From the NCBI RefSeq assembly GCF_009914755.1, contig NC_060948.1: a stretch of DNA of 64,000 nt. One strand, given 5' to 3'. Origin of the DNA: the human T2T-CHM13v2.0 reference genome, Homo sapiens. A program made the translations under genes and the position numbers. A model generated the notes under the pieces. The model ran no database searches. It was not told the DNA's origin and was given only the letters and a program-made list of their open reading frames with translations. Of the stretch, positions 56,620-64,000 are shown one piece after another (position 1 is the stretch's first letter; every line of letters starts with the position of its first letter).

Positions 56620-58717
56620 AGATCCATATTTTTTAAATGAAAAAAAATTTCAAAGGTACTCTGCTTGGTACAATAATCAAATGTATAAACTGAGGAATAA
56701 AACATAACCATGAAACCTACTTATAACTGCATATGGAAAATACAGAGGATAATTTTTTAAATAACATATTTTGAAAGCCTTAACTAGTAATTTGAAGAGT
56801 TGGCATTTGAAAGGCCAGTATGAGTATACCTTCAAAGCAGCAACACAGGTTCCCCATGAGAAAAAGCAAACACAGGGAAAATAAAAACACAAAGGTTCAA
56901 TCTCTTCTGACCTTTGAAAGACACAGCACAGACAGTGGTCCTTAGGACGAAGAGCAGGAGACCCCTAATTCCGTCACCATGGCGATAGGGCATAAACATT
57001 GCTGGGTGAGGGCACAATCCACATTGTGAGGTCCAACTGCTGCCAGGAAGACAGGAGTGCTTTTACATAGACCGAAAGGTCATTGAAGGCTCAGAGTTTT
57101 GTTTCAAGAACTGAATCCCAAGCCCACACGTTATTAGGCTGCGCTTCTTAAAACAAGTTATGAGATGGGAAAAAGGGCACCCACAAACATACGTATACAT
57201 TATGTATATAATAATATACAGTATCATATATATAATATATATAACCTATGTATAATATTGTTTTACATCCTGCATCTTATGTTATATATATTGTATAAAA
57301 TATAATAATTGATAATATATAAGTTTTATAATTATACAATATGACATATAGTATATATTATAATTTATGACATATATAATATATGTTATATATCATATAT
57401 AGAATATATTATACGGTTAATATACGTATTAAATATAAATTATACATTATATATATTATATATAATATATCTGTTATATATAATACCCATTATGCATAAT
57501 ATATATATTATGTCTATGTTATATATAGTATAAAACAACATATAATAATATATAATTGTATATATAAAATGCGACATATAATATATATTATATTTTATAA
57601 CATATGTAATATATATTATATATAATACGTTGTATGTATAATACCTATATTAAATATATATTATATGACTATGTTATTAATTACATGTCACATGTGTTAT
57701 ATATTATATATTTTACATAGAATATACCGGTTACATACAATATATACTATGTTACCTATAATGTATAATTTATTACAAGTAAAATAAAGAATGCAATATA
57801 TTATGTATAATTTATAATATACCATATGTGGAATGTGATATATATAACATATAATATATGATATATGATATACAGTATATGATATATAACATACAATATA
57901 TGATTCCTAATATATATGGTATACAATATATATTTTATGATATGTATTCTATATGTTTTATATTCTGTTATATATAACTATTTGAAATTATATATAACTG
58001 TATAATATTTTATGTAAATATGTAATATAATATATATAACTATATAATATATTATATATAACTATATATTATGTTATATATACTTTTATAACATAATTTA
58101 CATAAAATATCATAATATAATATATATTATATTATTTCATATTACATAATGTATATTACATATCACCCAATATAACTAACATACATAATATTATAATATA
58201 GATTATATTGTGTTATATTAAATATCATATATAGCATGTATCATATATTCTATAATATATATTACACATTATATAATATGTATGTTGTCTATTATGTGAT
58301 ATATATAACTATATATATAATTATATTTTTATACATATAACTAGATAAACATGTAATTCTACATATTTTCATTTATAATATGTAGAATTATATAATCATA
58401 TATAATTATTTATATTCTATAAAAAATTTTATCATTATATAAATTATAATATATAAAAATTATAATATGTACTACAAATATATATATTATATATCATATA
58501 TGATATAGTACCTTTGTTATATATCATAATACATATAAATGTGTATTATGTTATCTATAATTATATAATTTCATATATAAGATGTATAATATGTATCATA
58601 TATTATATATGTTATGTAATATATATAGTATATATAAGATGACACAGGATAAATATTATATACTATGACATATAAAATATATGAGGTTATATGTTACATA
58701 TAAGGCATAGCACATAA

Positions 58718-59032
<315 letters not shown>

Positions 59033-61130
59033 AGATCCATATTTTTTAAATGAAAAAAAATTTCAAAGGTACTCTGCTTGGTACAATAATCAAATGTATA
59101 AACTGAGGAATAAAACATAACCATGAAACCTACTTATAACTGCATATGGAAAATACAGAGGATAATTTTTTAAATCACATATTTTGAAAGCCTTAACTAG
59201 TAATTTGAAGAGTTGGCATTTGAAAGGCCAGTATGAATATACCTTCAAAGCAGCAACACAGGTTCCCCATGAGAAAAAGCAAACACAGGGAAAATAAAAA
59301 CACAAAGGTTCAATCTCTTCTGACCTTTGAAAGACACAGCACAGACAGTGGTCCTTAGGACGAAGAGCAGGAGACCCCTAATTCCGTCACCATGGCGATA
59401 GGGCATAAACATTGCTGGGTGAGGGCACAATCCACATTGTGAGGTCCAACTGCTGCCAGGAAGACAGGAGTGCTTTTACATAGACCGAAAGGTCATTGAA
59501 GGCTCAGAGTTTTGTTTCAAGAACTGAATCCCAAGCCCACACGTTATTAGGCTGCGCTTCTTAAAACAAGTTATGAGATGGGAAAAAGGGCACCCACAAA
59601 CATACGTATACATTATGTATATAATAATATACAGTATCATATATATAATATATATAACCTATGTATAATATTGTTTTACATCCTGCATCTTATGTTATAT
59701 ATATTGTATAAAATATAATAATTGATAATATATAAGTTTTATAATTATACAATATGACATATAGTATATATTATAATTTATGACATATATAATATATGTT
59801 ATATATCATATATAGAATATATTATACGGTTAATATACGTATTAAATATAAATTATACATTATATATATTATATATAATATATCTGTTATATATAATACC
59901 CATTATGCATAATATATATATTATGTCTATGTTATATATAGTATAAAACAACATATAATAATATATAATTGTATATATAAAATGCGACATATAATATATA
60001 TTATATTTTATAACATATGTAATATATATTATATATAATACGTTGTATGTATAATACCTATATTAAATATATATTATATGACTATGTTATTAATTACATG
60101 TCACATGTGTTATATATTATATATTTTACATAGAATATACCGGTTACATACAATATATACTATGTTACCTATAATGTATAATTTATTACAAGTAAAATAA
60201 AGAATGCAATATATTATGTATAATTTATAATATACCATATGTGGAATGTGATATATATAACATATAATATATGATATATGATATACAGTATATGATCTAT
60301 AACATACAATATATGATTCCTAATATATATGGTATACAATATATATTTTATGATATGTATTCTATATGTTTTATATTCTGTTATATATAACTATTTGAAA
60401 TTATATATAACTGTATAATATTTTATGTAAATATGTAATATAATATATATAACTATATAATATATTATATATAACTATATATTATGTTATATATACTTTT
60501 ATAACATAATTTACATAAAATATCATAATATAATATATATTATATTATTTCATATTACATAATATATATTACATATCACCCAATATAACTAACATACATA
60601 ATATTATAATATAGATTATATTGTGTTATATTAAATATCATATATAGCATGTATCATATATTCTATAATATATATTACACATTATATAATATGTATGTTG
60701 TCTATTATGTGATATATATAACTATATATATAATTATATTTTTATACATATAACTAGATAAACATGTAATTCTACATATTTTCATTTATAATATGTAGAA
60801 TTATATAATCATATATAATTATTTATATTCTATAAAAAATTTTATCTTTATATAAATTATAATATATAAAAATTATAATATGTACTACAAATATATATAT
60901 TATATATCATATATGATATAGTACCTTTGTTATATATCATAATACATATAAATGTGTATTATGTTATCTATAATTATATAATTTCATATATAAGATGTAT
61001 AATATGTATCATATATTATATATGTTATGTAATATATATAGTATATATAAGATGACACAGGATAAATATTATATACTATGACATATAAAATATATGAGGT
61101 TATATGTTACATATAAGGCATAGCACATAA

Positions 61131-61445
<315 letters not shown>

Positions 61446-63566
61446 AGATCCATATTTTTTAAATGAAAAAAAATTTCAAAGGTACTCTGCTTGGTACAAT
61501 AATCAAATGTATAAACTGAGGAATAAAACATAACCATGAAACCTACTTATAACTGCATATGGAAAATACAGAGGATAATTTTTTAAATAACATATTTTGA
61601 AAGCCTTAACTAGTAATTTGAAGAGTTGGCATTTGAAAGGCCAGTATGAATATACCTTCAAAGCAGCAACACAGGTTCCCCATGAGAAAAAGCAAACACA
61701 GGGAAAATAAAAACACAAAGGTTCAATCTCTTCTGACCTTTGAAAGACACAGCACAGACAGTGGTCCTTAGGACGAAGAGCAGGAGACCCCTAATTCCGT
61801 CACCATGGCGATAGGGCATAAACATTGCTGGGTGAGGGCACAATCCACATTGTGAGGTCCAACTGCTGCCAGGAAGACAGGAGTGCTTTTACATAGACCG
61901 AAAGGTCATTGAAGGCTCAGAGTTTTGTTTCAAGAACTGAATCCCAAGCCCACACGTTATTAGGCTGCGCTTCTTAAAACAAGTTATGAGATGGGAAAAA
62001 GGGCACCCACAAACATACGTATACATTATGTATATAATAATATACAGTATCATATATATAATATATGTAACCTATGTATAATATTGTTTTACATCCTGCA
62101 TCCTATGTTATATATATTGTATAAAATATAATAATTGATAATATATAAGTTTTATAATTATACAATATGACATATAGTATATATTATAATTTATGACATA
62201 TATAATATATGTTATATATCATATATAGAATATATTATACGGTTAATATACGTATTAAATATAAATTATACATTATATATATTATATATAATATATCTGT
62301 TATATATAATACCCATTATGCATAATATATATATTATGTCTATGTTATATATAGTATAAAACAACATATAATAATATATAATTGTATATATAAAATGCGA
62401 CATAGAATATATATTATATTTTATAACATATGTAATATATATTATATATAATACGTTGTATGTATAATACCTATATTAAATATATATTATATGACTATGT
62501 TATTAATTACATGTCACATGTGTTATATATTATATATTTTACATAGAATATACCGGTTACATACAATATATACTATGTTACCTATAACGTATAATTTATT
62601 ACATGTAAAATAAAGAATGCAATATATTATGTAAAATTTATAATATACAATATGTGGAATGTGATATATATAACATATAATATATGATATATGATATACA
62701 GTATATGATATATAACATACAATATATGATTCCTAATATATATAATATACAATATATATTTTATGATATGTATTCTATATGTTTTATATTCTGTTATATT
62801 TAACTATTTGAAATTATATATAACTGTATAATATTTTATGTAAATATGTAATATAATATATATAACTATATAATATATTATATATATCTATATATTATGT
62901 TATATATACTTTTATAACATAATTTACATAAAATATCATAATATAATATATATTATATTATTTCATATTACATAATATATATTACATATCACCCAATATA
63001 ACTAACATACATAATATTATAATATAGATTATATTATGTTATATTAAATATCATATATATCATGTATCATATATTCTATAATATATATTACACATTATAT
63101 AATATGTATGTTGTCTATTATGTGATATATATAACTATATATATAATTATATTTTTATACATATAACTAGATAAACATGTAATTCTACATATTTTCATTT
63201 ATAATATGTAGAATTATATAATCATATATTATTATTTATATTCTATAAAAAATTTTATCATTATATAAATTATAATATATAAAAATTATAATATATACTA
63301 CAAATATATATATTATATATCATATATGATATAGTACCTTTGTTATATATCATAATACATATAAATGTGTATTATGTTATCTATAATTATATGATTTCAT
63401 ATATAAGATGTATAATATGTATCATATATTATATATGTTATGTAATATATATAGTATATATAAGATGACACAGGATAAATATTATATACTATGACATATA
63501 AAATATATGAGGTTATATGTTACATATAAGGCATAGCACATAACATGTAATATATATCATATATTA

Positions 63567-63858
63567 TTTTTTTTTAGACAGAATCTTGTCCTGTTGCACA
63601 GGGTGGGGTACAATGGAGCCATCTTTGCTCACTGCAACTTCTGCCTCACGGGTCCAAGCGATTGTCCTCCCTCAGCCTCCCAGGTAGCTGGGACTACACC
63701 ACACTGGGACTACACCAGCTGCCACCATGCCTAGCTAATTTTTTGGATTTTTAGTAGTGACAGCGTTTCACTGTATTGGCCAGGATGGTCTTGATCTCTT
63801 CACCTTGTGATCCCCTTGCCTTGGCCTCCAAATTTGCTGGGATTACAGGCCTGAGCCA
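63567..63858 (-). mobile_element. Decayed Alu, unit U27
   Basis: Near-identical copy; private atggagcc variant. Confidence 0.95.
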
Positions 63859-64000
63859 AGATCCATATTTTTTAAATGAAAAAAAATTTCAAAGGTACTC
63901 TGCTTGGTACAATAATCAAATGTATAAACTGAGGAATAAAACATAACCATGAAACCTACTTATAACTGCATATGGAAAATACAGAGGATAATTTTTTAAA

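Overview
The whole 64 kb window is one uninterrupted head-to-tail tandem array of a ~2.41-2.42 kb composite unit, about 26.5 copies, all in the same orientation. Each unit has a near-full-length, heavily decayed Alu on the minus strand (~290 bp), a ~570 bp moderate-GC HSATI-like segment, and a ~1.55 kb extremely AT-rich degenerate (TA)n-like block. This architecture, plus a predicted ~2.14 kb HaeIII fragment per unit, identifies the human satellite DYZ2/HSat1B, most likely from Yq12 heterochromatin. There are no credible genes: the ORF track is the same two spurious ORFs repeated, and I found no new gene-encoded system. The informative signal is in the variants between units (U1-U27, numbered by their Alu). 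U1-U5 form a 2-unit higher-order repeat, the unit subfamily switches from 2420 bp to 2413 bp inside U5, and there are two independent 4-unit (~9.65 kb) tandem duplications, one with a junction mappable to 14 bp. There are also short gene-conversion-like patches whose nearest donor lies two units away. All variant calls were read by eye and need confirming by alignment.
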